A stretch of DNA of 64,000 bases from a virus: the IMG/VR virus record IMGVR_UViG_3300028197_000003, positions 128,352 through 192,351 of that record. One strand, 5' to 3'. Position numbers and translations under genes: made by a program. Below the pieces are notes generated by a model that searched no databases, was not told where the DNA came from, and saw only the letters and a program-made list of their open reading frames with translations. Numbering within the stretch: the stretch's first letter is position 1; each line of letters begins with the position of its first letter. Below, in pieces: positions 26,148 to 36,613 of the stretch.

Positions 26148-26963
26148 ATGGCAAAAAAAGCATTAGTAATATCAGATAATGAAAGGAGAATCCTAAAAAC
26201 TGAAGACCTCTACTTAGGCAGATCTAGAGCAGGAGGAATTGTTCCTGCGTTCAATAACATATATGATGTAACTATAGATTTTGGATCACCTGATGGTGAG
26301 TTATTGAAGCATATCAAAGATTCAGCTTTATACGAGACTAGTTTACCTCCTGGAAAGTATCTTTCATTATTTTGCTCAGAGGCACTTCTTCCTGGGAGTC
26401 AAATTCAAACTTCTAAAGTTGATGGACTCCGTCAAGGATTGTCACAATCATATGCCCTGTATCGTAGATATCCTGATATCAACTTGACTTGGTATTCTCA
26501 AAGAGATTACTTTACTAATGATGTGTTCAATGCGTGGATGGAGTTTATTAGTCCTCCAGATTTTGGTACAGATAAAAAGTCGGATTTAGATACTAAATTG
26601 AAACAATATAATCCTAGTAGAAGGATGAGGTATCCTGATAGTTACAAATGTGATCTTACAATCACCTCATTCAATCGGGAAAGGAAAAACCCCAGTTACA
26701 TTACATATCATATTAGAAAAGCATTCCCCACTAATATAATTGCTGCACCTTTGGCATATGGGAAAGCGGAACTAATCAAAACTACAATATCCTTTGTATA
26801 CGAAACTTATTATATTGATCGCCAGGGCAGTGATTCTGGTACCACTAAAAAAACAGATGGTGTTGAACCAGTAGCACCTCCAGAAAATGGTAACGCTGCC
26901 GCTCAGGGTGACCCACCAAGCTCAGGATCACAGATTCCGGGCAGCGTCATCAACATCGCCTGA
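26148..26963 (+). CDS. Tail-tube initiator (gp54/gp19-like)
   Basis: CSEALLPG, YPDINLTWY, WMEFI, AFPTNI; position between gp4 and gp26. Confidence 0.65.
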   Translation: MAKKALVISDNERRILKTEDLYLGRSRAGGIVPAFNNIYDVTIDFGSPDGELLKHIKDSALYETSLPPGKYLSLFCSEALLPGSQIQTSKVDGLRQGLSQSYALYRRYPDINLTWYSQRDYFTNDVFNAWMEFISPPDFGTDKKSDLDTKLKQYNPSRRMRYPDSYKCDLTITSFNRERKNPSYITYHIRKAFPTNIIAAPLAYGKAELIKTTISFVYETYYIDRQGSDSGTTKKTDGVEPVAPPENGNAAAQGDPPSSGSQIPGSVINIA

Positions 26964-26968
26964 CCCCC

Positions 26969-26976
26969 TCTAAATA
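26969..26976 (+). promoter_or_regulatory. T4-like late promoter variant
   Basis: TCTAAATA about 20 nt before gp26; similar sites at 37086, 42806, 48197 and 50233 (TATAAATA). Confidence 0.6.
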
Positions 26977-26996
26977 TAATTACTGATTGACTTATT

Positions 26997-27722
26997 ATGC
27001 CACTTCCTAAGGTTGTAACACCTGTTTTTGAGGTAAACCTGCTATCTACTGGGAAACCCGTTAGATATCGCCCATTCCTGGTCAAAGAAGAAAAAGCACT
27101 TCTAATTGCTCTTGAGAGTGGCAGCGATAAGAACATTATTTCTACAGTAAAAGATGTTCTAAAAGCATGTGTTGTCTCACGAGTCAAAATTGATACTCTT
27201 CCCTCATTTGATCTTGAATATCTATTTTTGAATATTCGAGGTAAATCTGTTGGTGAGACTGTAGAACTGTTAGTTACTTGTGCTGATGATGAGGAAGTAA
27301 AAGTTCCTTTGACTATTGAAATGTCAGAGATCGGACTTGATGTTCCTGATGACCACACTGATACGATTCAACTTGATGGGGGCATCTCTATCAAAATGAA
27401 GTATCCATCTATGGATGAGTTTTTGAAAAACAACTTTAGTGTTGTTGAAGAAACTAATAAAGATCTCATAGAGGAGGCATTCAAAGCAGTCGCAAAGTGC
27501 GTTGACACCATCTATACGGAAGAGGAAGCATGGTCTTCTAGTGACTGTACTCAAACAGAACTTGTCAAATTTATTGAGCAACTAAGTTCATCTCAGTTCC
27601 AACAAATTGAGAAGTTTTTCAACACCATGCCTAAATTGAAATATGAAGGTAAGGTAACTAATCCAAATACTGAAGTAGAAACTGATGTAATTGTTGAGGG
27701 TATGGCAAATTTTTTCGGGTAA
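26997..27722 (+). CDS. gp26: Baseplate hub subunit
   Basis: YRPFLVKEEK.LL, FDLEYLFLNIRGKSVGE, MKYPS, FFNTMPKL. Confidence 0.93.
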   Translation: MPLPKVVTPVFEVNLLSTGKPVRYRPFLVKEEKALLIALESGSDKNIISTVKDVLKACVVSRVKIDTLPSFDLEYLFLNIRGKSVGETVELLVTCADDEEVKVPLTIEMSEIGLDVPDDHTDTIQLDGGISIKMKYPSMDEFLKNNFSVVEETNKDLIEEAFKAVAKCVDTIYTEEEAWSSSDCTQTELVKFIEQLSSSQFQQIEKFFNTMPKLKYEGKVTNPNTEVETDVIVEGMANFFG

Positions 27723-27910
27723 TGCTGTATCACACGACTATTGATGTGTGCATGGAGATAAATTTTTCCCTCATGCAGCATCATAATTGGTCATTGAGTG
27801 ATATAGAGAGTCTAATACCGTGGGAAAAAGAAGTATACATAAAGTATCTCACAAATTATCTTGAGAAACAAAAACTAGAGGCAGCACAGGAAGCAAATGC
27901 CGGATTCTAA
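27722..27910 (+). CDS. gp51: Baseplate hub assembly catalyst
   Basis: NFSLMQHHNWSLSDIESLIPWEKEVY. Confidence 0.88.
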   Translation: MLYHTTIDVCMEINFSLMQHHNWSLSDIESLIPWEKEVYIKYLTNYLEKQKLEAAQEANAGF

Positions 27911-29522
27911 CGTACAGTCTGTTACTCCCATGATTGCCCCATTGAGGGACAAGGTGGAGCAACAAGCTGCAGCCTTAGAAGAAAATTCTGATAAAACAAA
28001 TGTAAACATTCGGCGTTTGGGACGTATTGTCCTTGACATGGAAAGAATGGATGCTAGCATGAAGGTCATGCGTGCAGATATTCGGAAAGATATTGTAGCG
28101 AGACGGCGATATTACAATGAAGAGCGGAAACTCCTAAAGAAAGATATCAAGCAGACAGAGCAGCTTGGTACTATGTTCTTGGGGTTTAGAAGTGTTCTTG
28201 CTGCAGTATCTGGTGCAAGTGCCTTGCGAGAATTCTCTCAAGGTGATATAGTGGGAGGATTGCAGGATAGTTCAATTGCGATTACCGCGATGCTTCCTGA
28301 AATTACAACCGCAGTATTGGGAGCAGTAGGTTTGGCATTAGGATTGAAAGGAGGCAGGCGCGGACCCCAAGGGGGACCTAAATCTGCTGTTCCTCGTGGA
28401 AAGATGGCAGGTCCTACACCAACTGCTCCTCGTGGAAAGATGGCAGGTCGTCTGGGTCTTCTGTCTTTGATACCACTAGCGTTGCTTGGTGGATCGATGT
28501 TGATGGGACGTGGAGATGGTGCAGATGAAAAAAGATCTGAAATAACTCAACAGCAAGTTTTTGCCAGTAAAACGATTACTTCTCAAGATGTAGATTTTTT
28601 TAGTGCCACAGTTTCTAAATTTAGTCGGATAGTTTCTTCACTTTTAGGTAAAGAAATACAAGATCCTACTATCAATATAAAGAAAGATGATGATGGAAAT
28701 ATCATAAATCCAACCACACAGGATTCTAATAATACCAAAACTAAAACACCACAAACTGGTCTACTTACTCGTGTAAACAGGACTGCTGATAGTGATGCTA
28801 AGAAAGAGGCACTTATTCAGTTAGTAAAGCAAGCTGAGGGAACTGCTGATGCTGATGGTTCAGGATATAACAAATTTGTTGGAGGAGATACCAGCGTCAA
28901 TATTACTGAGATGACTGGTACGGAAGTTATGATAGAGCAAAAGCGTCGTCTCGCTTCAGGCGAAGCTTACAGTTTTACTGATTCTACGGGAAGACGGCAG
29001 AGAAGTGCCGCTGTAGGGGCAGGTCAATTCCTGAAACCTGAACAGATAATGCTCTCCATGAAATTGGATCCTGATAAGACCAAAATGACTGCTGAAGTTC
29101 AAGATCAGATGATTTTGCATTTAGCACGAAAAACCCGTAAGGTAAATGAACAGGATGGGATTGATGGTCCTGAGATGGAACGTCTAGGTATGGAGTGGGC
29201 AGGGTTGACTTCATATCATGGGCAGAGAAATATTAGTGGTGCTCAGTCAATTCAAAATTATAACAATATTTTGAATGATATTATGAAAGAAAGGGGTGAA
29301 GAAAAGAAAGAGGAAAAGAACCTTGACCCTTTGGGGGATCAATCATTTTTACCGAATATAGATCCTCCTGCTTCTAATGAACCACGAGTTGCCGCTCTGG
29401 CACCTGAACCACCATCTCCTGCATCAATTACAGTGGATCCTAATTCTAGGGGTACCACTGGGAGTGAGATTGCATCTTCAGCATTGTTGATTCAATATAA
29501 CGTACCAGTATTGTTAGGATGA
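27897..29522 (+). CDS. Tail/hub (gp29-like) protein with lysozyme-like domain
   Basis: Coiled coil, TM-like segments, AEG..GYN..SAAVGAGQF..EWAGL. Confidence 0.6.
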   Translation: MPDSNVQSVTPMIAPLRDKVEQQAAALEENSDKTNVNIRRLGRIVLDMERMDASMKVMRADIRKDIVARRRYYNEERKLLKKDIKQTEQLGTMFLGFRSVLAAVSGASALREFSQGDIVGGLQDSSIAITAMLPEITTAVLGAVGLALGLKGGRRGPQGGPKSAVPRGKMAGPTPTAPRGKMAGRLGLLSLIPLALLGGSMLMGRGDGADEKRSEITQQQVFASKTITSQDVDFFSATVSKFSRIVSSLLGKEIQDPTINIKKDDDGNIINPTTQDSNNTKTKTPQTGLLTRVNRTADSDAKKEALIQLVKQAEGTADADGSGYNKFVGGDTSVNITEMTGTEVMIEQKRRLASGEAYSFTDSTGRRQRSAAVGAGQFLKPEQIMLSMKLDPDKTKMTAEVQDQMILHLARKTRKVNEQDGIDGPEMERLGMEWAGLTSYHGQRNISGAQSIQNYNNILNDIMKERGEEKKEEKNLDPLGDQSFLPNIDPPASNEPRVAALAPEPPSPASITVDPNSRGTTGSEIASSALLIQYNVPVLLG

Positions 29523-31321
29523 AGAATATAAAACCATTATCTAATATCCTCAAGCAGAGAAATACGGAAGCTTTTAGACTTTATGAAAGAAGTCTAAAAC
29601 TGAAAAAAGAACTTGTCAAAAAGCGTGGCGAAGCGTTTGATAGGTTGAAGAGTGAACTTGCTATTTCTAAAGAAAAGGAAGGAGGAGGAGGACTCAATGG
29701 TTTATTAGGTTTAGGTGGTGCTGCCGCTACAGGCGGTCTTATAAGAAGTCTTAGAAATAGGTTTCTAAAACCAAAAGGTCCTAATGGTGGAGGACCTAAA
29801 GGTGGAGGACCTAAAGGTGGAGGACCTAGAGGTGGAGGACCTAGAGGTGGAGGAGTTACACCTGCTAATAAAATTGTTCCGAGTAAAGGTCTTAGGGGAG
29901 GTGCAGGTAAACCATCTGTGAGTGGTGGACTGAAGGGTGGTTTGCGAATGGGCAAATTCAATGCCGCTGCAACAGTTGCACTGACAGGTGTCGATTATGG
30001 GTTACGACTCAATGATGGTCAGACACAAGTTCAGGCAACTTCTGGTGCACTTAGCACAACAGCAGGTGGTTTGGTAGGTATGGCTGCTGGTGCCAAAGGT
30101 GGTGCTGTATTGGGTGCTGGTATTGGTGCCTTCTTTGGTGGAGTAGGTGCGGTTCCTGGTGCTGCTATTGGTGGTGTTTTGGGTGGTTTGCTAGGAAGTT
30201 TTGGTGGTGCAACTTTAGGTGCTGGCATTTCCGATAAAGTAACTGGCGTAGGTGCAGATGAGCGACGAAAGGAAGAAGAGAAAAAACAAAGACTTAGTCA
30301 AGTAAAGAGTAATTTTGGTGGTGCTATTGAGGAATTTGATAGTGCTTTAGATCGTTTTGCATTACTTGCAAGGAAAAAAATATATTTTATTGATGATGAA
30401 TATATTATTGATCTGAATGATGATAATGATATCCGTGATAGTGCTAGCAGTAAAAATCAGGGACCCACGCCAGATCTAAACGGTGGTGGCAACGTATTTG
30501 AAGCAGAGATTGAAGGAAAGACTGAAAAACACTCTGGAGGAAACCGAGAGTTTAGGTATTCTCGTAGTTATACTCCTACTGGTATAGATTATGATAAAAT
30601 TCCAAGCACACCTAGCAATAAGGTTGTGCCAACTGAGCAGTTACCTATTCTAGTCAGACCCCACATAGAGGAGTTTGACATTGAAAATACTAAGGAACAA
30701 AGAATTGATACTCCTTATGGAACACTAATTCGTAAACCTGCAACAGTATTTGCTCCAGCAGGATTTATGTTTGTAAATAAGGATCGTCAAGAAGATAGAA
30801 GATTTAGGGCAGAACAGAGCATCAGATCTGCAGCCTCTACAACGACAGCTTTGGCTACTGCGGGGTTGACTGCTGCTGCAGCAGGTAAGAAGCGTAAAGG
30901 TTCTTCTAAACCTGTAGTTAGACCTGCTAAAGTTCAACCTAAAGTTCCACCTAAAGTTCAACCTACTAATAATGTAGTCCCATCAAATCTAGGACCTAAG
31001 CCTGTCAAGAAGCCATCATCACCGGACATGCTTAGACCAAAAGTTGAAACCTCAGTTCAACCTGCAATTCCAAATTCTAAAGATCTTTCATTTGCATCTT
31101 TGGCACCTCTTTATACTTCTGGTCAAGGATCCAATTTTTCTTCAATGGTTCTTCCTTTGCTTGGTGCTGGAATGTTCTTAGGTGGAGCGGGTAAAGCTAA
31201 AGAGAAGAGCATGCCATTTTTACCTCCTAGCTCTCCTTCTAAGAACATTAGTATGCCAAAAACTATCTTACCCTACTCTAAATACCTTGAGTATGAATCT
31301 TATATGAAGGTCTGGAAATGA
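29519..31321 (+). CDS. Tape-measure-like tail protein
   Basis: Glycine-zipper segment, low-complexity repeats, location in baseplate block. Confidence 0.55.
   Translation: MKNIKPLSNILKQRNTEAFRLYERSLKLKKELVKKRGEAFDRLKSELAISKEKEGGGGLNGLLGLGGAAATGGLIRSLRNRFLKPKGPNGGGPKGGGPKGGGPRGGGPRGGGVTPANKIVPSKGLRGGAGKPSVSGGLKGGLRMGKFNAAATVALTGVDYGLRLNDGQTQVQATSGALSTTAGGLVGMAAGAKGGAVLGAGIGAFFGGVGAVPGAAIGGVLGGLLGSFGGATLGAGISDKVTGVGADERRKEEEKKQRLSQVKSNFGGAIEEFDSALDRFALLARKKIYFIDDEYIIDLNDDNDIRDSASSKNQGPTPDLNGGGNVFEAEIEGKTEKHSGGNREFRYSRSYTPTGIDYDKIPSTPSNKVVPTEQLPILVRPHIEEFDIENTKEQRIDTPYGTLIRKPATVFAPAGFMFVNKDRQEDRRFRAEQSIRSAASTTTALATAGLTAAAAGKKRKGSSKPVVRPAKVQPKVPPKVQPTNNVVPSNLGPKPVKKPSSPDMLRPKVETSVQPAIPNSKDLSFASLAPLYTSGQGSNFSSMVLPLLGAGMFLGGAGKAKEKSMPFLPPSSPSKNISMPKTILPYSKYLEYESYMKVWK
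29786..29854 (+). repeat. 15-bp coding tandem repeat (GGGPK/R)
   Basis: GGTGGAGGACCTA(A/G)A x4 plus a partial copy. Confidence 0.9.
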
Positions 31322-32571
31322 AGAAGTGGTTGAATGCCTATGAAGCTAAGTCACTAAACATATTTCCAGAAGGTAAAGAACCATTTTCCTTGATTGGTCA
31401 GTTTCAAGGTCTTAGATATGAAGAAGGAGTTGGTAAAACCTTGAGGGTCACTATTATGATTGCGGACACTTTTGGGTTGTCCCAAGCATTGCCGATCAGA
31501 CCTGGAAATAAAATTGAGTTGCTGTTTACTCATCCTAGTGCTAAAGAACCATTTGAGTTCTCTGCTAAAAAGAAGAATGAGTTGTTGATTGTAAATATTG
31601 CTGGTGAGAGTGGAAACTCAAAACGACACACTTATGTTTTGGAGTGCGTCACAAAGACAACCATGTCTAACCTGACAACTAGAACAATCAAAAGATATAA
31701 AGGTAAGATTACAGATAGTGTTGATAAAGTTCTAAAAGAAGTGTTAGAGGTTGATCCTAGTAGAATCAACATTCCACATCCCGCCATGAATGAATACTCA
31801 TTTACTGGTAATTACAACCCACCATTGAAACAGATTAGTAGACTGGCATCTAAATGTGTTGGTGAAATGAAAGGCAAGTCTTCTGCTGAAAGTGGAAGTG
31901 CAGGATATGTTCTATGTGAAGGAGAACGAAAAGGATATAGTTTCTTTTCTGTTGACAAGGCATTGCAGGAAGAAGCTGCATTCGGATATGAGCAATTAGC
32001 GTATTTTGATTCTACAAAGGTCAATAACTTTGCTGCTGTAGATACGCCAAGATTTGTTGAAAGTCATGATATCGTAAAAAAACTGATGGTTGGGCAATAC
32101 AAATCAGCTAACTGGTATTATAATATTATTGATCGCACCCCACACTTCGTAGAATATAGTTACAAGGATAGTAAACTGGATTCTGCAAATGAAGATCAGT
32201 ATATCCCTAACAAAATTGATGAAAAGTATTCAAGAATTTTTCTAAATGTTCTTGATGTTGGTGCGATGGCAGAGAAAAAAGTAGAACTGAAAAACACTGC
32301 AGAAACTATTGCTTGGCGACAGGCACATGCGACTGGTAGATTTCAATCTCTTTTTTCTCAGTCTTTAGAATTGACTATTCCTATGAACTTGAGTTTAGAA
32401 GTTGGAATGATTTTGAAAATGTCATTTCCCCTACTAAATACAGAGTCTGGCATGAATCCATCTTCTGGTAATTACATGATTGCTAAAATTGCCCATCAAT
32501 TTGGTGATCCCCAAGGTGATGTTACTGGAATATCATTAGTTAGAGATTCTTTCGCATTTTACTCTAAATGA
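31318..32571 (+). CDS. Baseplate hub/tail protein (gp27/gpD-like)
   Basis: Size and position before gp5; beta-rich, C-terminal GNYMIAKIAHQF. Confidence 0.55.
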   Translation: MKKWLNAYEAKSLNIFPEGKEPFSLIGQFQGLRYEEGVGKTLRVTIMIADTFGLSQALPIRPGNKIELLFTHPSAKEPFEFSAKKKNELLIVNIAGESGNSKRHTYVLECVTKTTMSNLTTRTIKRYKGKITDSVDKVLKEVLEVDPSRINIPHPAMNEYSFTGNYNPPLKQISRLASKCVGEMKGKSSAESGSAGYVLCEGERKGYSFFSVDKALQEEAAFGYEQLAYFDSTKVNNFAAVDTPRFVESHDIVKKLMVGQYKSANWYYNIIDRTPHFVEYSYKDSKLDSANEDQYIPNKIDEKYSRIFLNVLDVGAMAEKKVELKNTAETIAWRQAHATGRFQSLFSQSLELTIPMNLSLEVGMILKMSFPLLNTESGMNPSSGNYMIAKIAHQFGDPQGDVTGISLVRDSFAFYSK

Positions 32572-32602
32572 CTAACATTTTTATTGGCAAGGAGAAAACC
32601 TA

Positions 32603-32833
32603 ATGTCACAACCACGACAGAAAGATCCATCTGATCCACTTTATGATGCAAATGATAAGTGGAATGAGTATAAAGTAGATCTACATTGTAATGAAAAACA
32701 CTCACCTGATGAGTGGGATCCTACTACAGAAGGTAGGATTGCTAATCCAGAGAATCGTCACCAAGATAAGGTGTTAGATAAGTTCTGTGATGATCACCCT
32801 GGTTCACCTATGTGTAAAGTATTCGACGACTAA
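32603..32833 (+). CDS. Small protein with CP12-like C-terminal motif
   Basis: LDKFCDDHPGSPMCKVFDD fits the CxxxPxxxxCxx(Y/F)DD pattern. Confidence 0.65.
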   Translation: MSQPRQKDPSDPLYDANDKWNEYKVDLHCNEKHSPDEWDPTTEGRIANPENRHQDKVLDKFCDDHPGSPMCKVFDD

Positions 32834-32839
32834 CGAGTA

Positions 32840-35011
32840 ATGATTGACGACAGGAGTATTGAGTCTAAATTTGCAGGACGCGATGGGTTTCACTGGTTCA
32901 TTGGACAAGTGCCTATTGATTCTTCATGGAGAGAATTTCCTGGCGACAAACAATCCCGCAAGTATGGTTATCGTGTCAAGGTAAGAGTTCTAGGCAAACA
33001 TCCTTCTACAGATGATGTAAAGGATGAGGAGTTGCCATGGGCACACATCCTCGTTCCTGCTAATCAGGGAGCAGGTGTAAACTATGCTGGTGTCAGTAAC
33101 TTTATCCAGGGTGGAGAAACTGTTATTGGTTTCTATGCTGATGGGGAGGATGCTCAGCAACCAATTATTCTAGGTGCTTTATATCAGCACTCTTTGATCA
33201 AAAATGCAACAAAGTGGGATGATGTTCTAGAAAAAGGAACATCTGGATTTTCTGCTATCACAGTTGATTCTGTGTTAGAAACTGGTGGATCTGAGACATC
33301 ACTGGGTGCCACTGTACGTCCCACACGTAAGGCGAAACCTGCACCAGTTGGTAGTATTCCTAATAATGATCAAGAAATTGATGATAAAGACGGTAAACCA
33401 GTTCAAACTGCCACCCGCCATATTTTAGACAAACCTGTTGAGATTAGGAAGGCAGTCAAATGTGACGTTCCTAAGTCTGCTATGGGTGATGTTGCAAAGA
33501 CTATGCAGTCTTTCATTGAGGTTATCAAAGGGTTAGAAGAAAATAAAAAAGGATTTGTTGATCCTATTTTGAATAGAGTGGTCAACATCGATAAGATTAT
33601 TGGTGAGGCATCTGACAGAATTTCTGGCAATATGAGTAATGTGATCCGACAAGCACGTAAGGATCTATTTGAAGATATTGATGAGAAAGTTGGGGATGTT
33701 CTTACATTTTTGTCTCCTGATAATCTAATCAAAAAGTTAGAACTGAAGAAACAAAAGGATATTGCTTATTGTTTGATGGAGAACGTAATCAACGGTCTCC
33801 GTGACATGATCGGTAAATTCCTGAAAGGAATGCTTGGAAAGATCATCAACTTCCCACTCTGCGCGGCGGAACAGTTTCTAGGTGGTTTGATCTCCAAAAT
33901 TACTGACACGATTCAGGGTCTTCTCGGACCAGTTTTAGGTGCTATCGGATCGTTGGCAGGCATGGCTCTGGGTAACTTTAGTTCTATCATGAACAAAGCA
34001 ACTGGTGCTTTGCAGGCAGGTTTGAAGTTGATGGAATGTGAAGGTTCTTCATGTGATCCTCAACCTTTTGATTGGGCAGCAAACGTTGGACCTGATCCAA
34101 AGAAGGTTTTGGACTTGAAGCGTATGTTGGATGTGGGTGGTTTGATTGATGGTATTGATAAAGGTGTAGAAGGTTTCCTTGAAGACACTTTCCCATTCAT
34201 GGCTCAGGCAAAAGAAGCAGCAGGTACTATTGATACTCTCAAGGGAACATTGGAAAAAGTTGGGTCTGCTGGAAAAATTCTGGGTGGTGTAACTGCTGAC
34301 CTAGCAGGTGGTTGTAATACCAGTGCATTTGAATGTGGACCGCCAAGTATCGAACTCTTTGGTGGTGGTGGAATTGGTGCTGTTGCTAAAGCAGTGGTCA
34401 ATTCTGTTGGTGAAGTTGTTGGTGCAAAGATGGAAGATTTGGGATTAGGTTTTGATGATGTGCCGTTTGTTTCTATCGTAGACCGTTGTAATAATGGTAA
34501 GGGTGCCACTGGCACTGCCGTTATGAAAGACGGAAAAATTACTAATATTATTATTACCAATCCTGGATCTGGTTATCTTGGTGGGGGAAGTGTTACTGTG
34601 GATACACTCACGCCTACCGGAATTGATTCCGATGGCAATGTGATCCAGGAAGTAATACAGACTGAAACGCAAAGACCTGGTGGAATTTCTGAGAGTGGTG
34701 AACAAGTAATCGGACAAGTTGATGGTATCCAAGTTATCATAACTGGTAATGGTTATGAGGAAGGAGACACTATTGTTACTGAAAATGGTGGGATATTGAC
34801 TCCTATCATAGAAAATGGTAGAATTCTAGGTGCAACTGGTATTGTAGACATTGGTTTGGAGAAAATTCCCGCACTAAGAATCAAGTCTAAGACAGGTTTT
34901 GGTGCTTACATTCGACCCGTAACGACATTCACCAATGTCAAAAAATATGACAAACCTGTTCTTCCATCTGCTCAAGTGATCACAGTTATTGACTGCCCTA
35001 AAGGATACTAA
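32840..35011 (+). CDS. gp5: Baseplate hub/tail spike protein
   Basis: WFIGQV, RVKVRVLGKH, LPWA, GFYADG..AQQPIILG OB-fold motifs. Confidence 0.88.
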   Translation: MIDDRSIESKFAGRDGFHWFIGQVPIDSSWREFPGDKQSRKYGYRVKVRVLGKHPSTDDVKDEELPWAHILVPANQGAGVNYAGVSNFIQGGETVIGFYADGEDAQQPIILGALYQHSLIKNATKWDDVLEKGTSGFSAITVDSVLETGGSETSLGATVRPTRKAKPAPVGSIPNNDQEIDDKDGKPVQTATRHILDKPVEIRKAVKCDVPKSAMGDVAKTMQSFIEVIKGLEENKKGFVDPILNRVVNIDKIIGEASDRISGNMSNVIRQARKDLFEDIDEKVGDVLTFLSPDNLIKKLELKKQKDIAYCLMENVINGLRDMIGKFLKGMLGKIINFPLCAAEQFLGGLISKITDTIQGLLGPVLGAIGSLAGMALGNFSSIMNKATGALQAGLKLMECEGSSCDPQPFDWAANVGPDPKKVLDLKRMLDVGGLIDGIDKGVEGFLEDTFPFMAQAKEAAGTIDTLKGTLEKVGSAGKILGGVTADLAGGCNTSAFECGPPSIELFGGGGIGAVAKAVVNSVGEVVGAKMEDLGLGFDDVPFVSIVDRCNNGKGATGTAVMKDGKITNIIITNPGSGYLGGGSVTVDTLTPTGIDSDGNVIQEVIQTETQRPGGISESGEQVIGQVDGIQVIITGNGYEEGDTIVTENGGILTPIIENGRILGATGIVDIGLEKIPALRIKSKTGFGAYIRPVTTFTNVKKYDKPVLPSAQVITVIDCPKGY

Positions 35012-35541
35012 TGTCAAAATCTCCACCATATATTGTCAATCATCCTGAAGATGGTTCTTTCCGTATCGGTAAAGAGGAAGATGGAAAGGCAGTAAGAAAG
35101 GCACAAATTTGTGCTGCTGCTGGATCTGCTGCATCTTTGAGAATTTTTGAGGACGGTGGATGGGAACTCCGCGCCACTGAAAATGAACAGGGTTCTAATA
35201 TCCTTCAGACTGGTGCTGGTCCCATCAATATAAAGTCTGATGGTGATATAAACATTGATTGTAAGGGAACTTTCTCGGTGATGGCGAAGGACATCATCAT
35301 GAAAGCGACTGACGCAAAGATTGGTGACATATTCTTGCATGCTGAGCATGACATTCATCTCCAGGGCAAGAACTTTGCTAAATTGATTGGGCACAACACC
35401 ACTGTCACTGCCAATGATAAATTGATTACAAACTCAAAAGGTTTCAATATTATTATTGGAGACATGGTTCGCATCCATGAACCACAATCCAAACTCATTC
35501 CCGGTCCTCTTGGGGATTATATCAACTCACTGGTAGAATAA
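35011..35541 (+). CDS. Spike-associated beta-helical protein
   Basis: Repetitive beta-strand pattern directly after gp5. Confidence 0.6.
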   Translation: MSKSPPYIVNHPEDGSFRIGKEEDGKAVRKAQICAAAGSAASLRIFEDGGWELRATENEQGSNILQTGAGPINIKSDGDINIDCKGTFSVMAKDIIMKATDAKIGDIFLHAEHDIHLQGKNFAKLIGHNTTVTANDKLITNSKGFNIIIGDMVRIHEPQSKLIPGPLGDYINSLVE

Positions 35542-36344
35542 TGGCAGGCATTAGAGATATTGAGACGGGTAAAGTCTACATTGGTAGAGAAGATCCCAAA
35601 AAACTTGACACTGCTGCTGATACCTTAGATGGTGATGCACCATTCAATGGTACTCTTGTTGTCACAGGACCAGCAATTGCTGGAAAGCATTCAGGTTATG
35701 CAAAAGCAACTGTAAACATTGGCACAGACCTTGATGAATTCAAGTCTGGTGTTACAGGACGGGCACTCCAAGTTGATGGTGACGTTGAAGTCATTGGTGA
35801 AGTAGCAGAAAACGCTGTTTACATTGATGGTGATGTGTACATCACTGGCAAAGTTGACTGCCTGAACAAAGGCAGACTGGCATCCAGGTTCTCTACAGCA
35901 GATGCTCTGGGTAAGTCATTTGACATCCAGCACCCCACAAAAGAAGGTCATCGACTGCGCTATGCATGTATCGAGGGTCCTGAGGTTGCTGTGTATCACC
36001 GTGGCAGACTCACTGGTGAGACTGAGATCCTGCTGCCGGACTACTGGGTCAACTTGGTTCATGAGAACAGCATAACTGTCTCCATCACGCCTATTGGAGC
36101 ACAACAGGACATCATTGTCAAGGACTTCGACAACACTAAAATTGTATTGGAGTCTAGTACAGACATTGATTGTTTCTACCATGTTTATGGTGAGAGGAAG
36201 GATATCAACCCCCTCATCATTGACTATGCAGGCAAGACTTGGGAAGATTATCCTGATCCAAACGTCTTTATGGCACCAGATGATGAAGAACGTAATATTT
36301 TAGATGAACGTTACCGTGGACCTCAAAACACAGTTACAAAGTGA
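35541..36344 (+). CDS. Virion protein with chaperone-like C-terminal domain
   Basis: KSFDIQHP, LRYACIEGPE..VYHRG, LPDYW. Confidence 0.65.
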   Translation: MAGIRDIETGKVYIGREDPKKLDTAADTLDGDAPFNGTLVVTGPAIAGKHSGYAKATVNIGTDLDEFKSGVTGRALQVDGDVEVIGEVAENAVYIDGDVYITGKVDCLNKGRLASRFSTADALGKSFDIQHPTKEGHRLRYACIEGPEVAVYHRGRLTGETEILLPDYWVNLVHENSITVSITPIGAQQDIIVKDFDNTKIVLESSTDIDCFYHVYGERKDINPLIIDYAGKTWEDYPDPNVFMAPDDEERNILDERYRGPQNTVTK

Positions 36345-36613
36345 ATTTTTTCAGTATTTTTCTTGTTATGACTATGTGGGTTCAAGTCCCACAGTGGTTA
36401 GATGATTGGTCGCATTGCGCTGTGGATCTGCCTGACAGCAGTTGTCACTGGTATATCGTTAGTCCCGATAGCACTTTCGGTCAAGGATTTGACTGGGCAA
36501 CTGCTCCCTGGTTTGATGTAAATGGTTTGTTAGATATTGCACATTTGCATGATGATGTGGTAAAATCTAAGAAACAGTACACTTTAGATAAACTACAAGA
36601 TGACAACAATTGA
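36341..36613 (+). CDS. Hypothetical protein, Trp/Cys-rich
   Basis: Signal-like N-terminus, WVQVPQW..DWSHCAVD. Confidence 0.6.
   Translation: MNFFSIFLVMTMWVQVPQWLDDWSHCAVDLPDSSCHWYIVSPDSTFGQGFDWATAPWFDVNGLLDIAHLHDDVVKSKKQYTLDKLQDDNN

Noticed and set aside
29581-30228. Pro-rich minus-strand ORFs
   Set aside because: Antisense read-outs of Gly-rich (GGT/GGA) coding sequence
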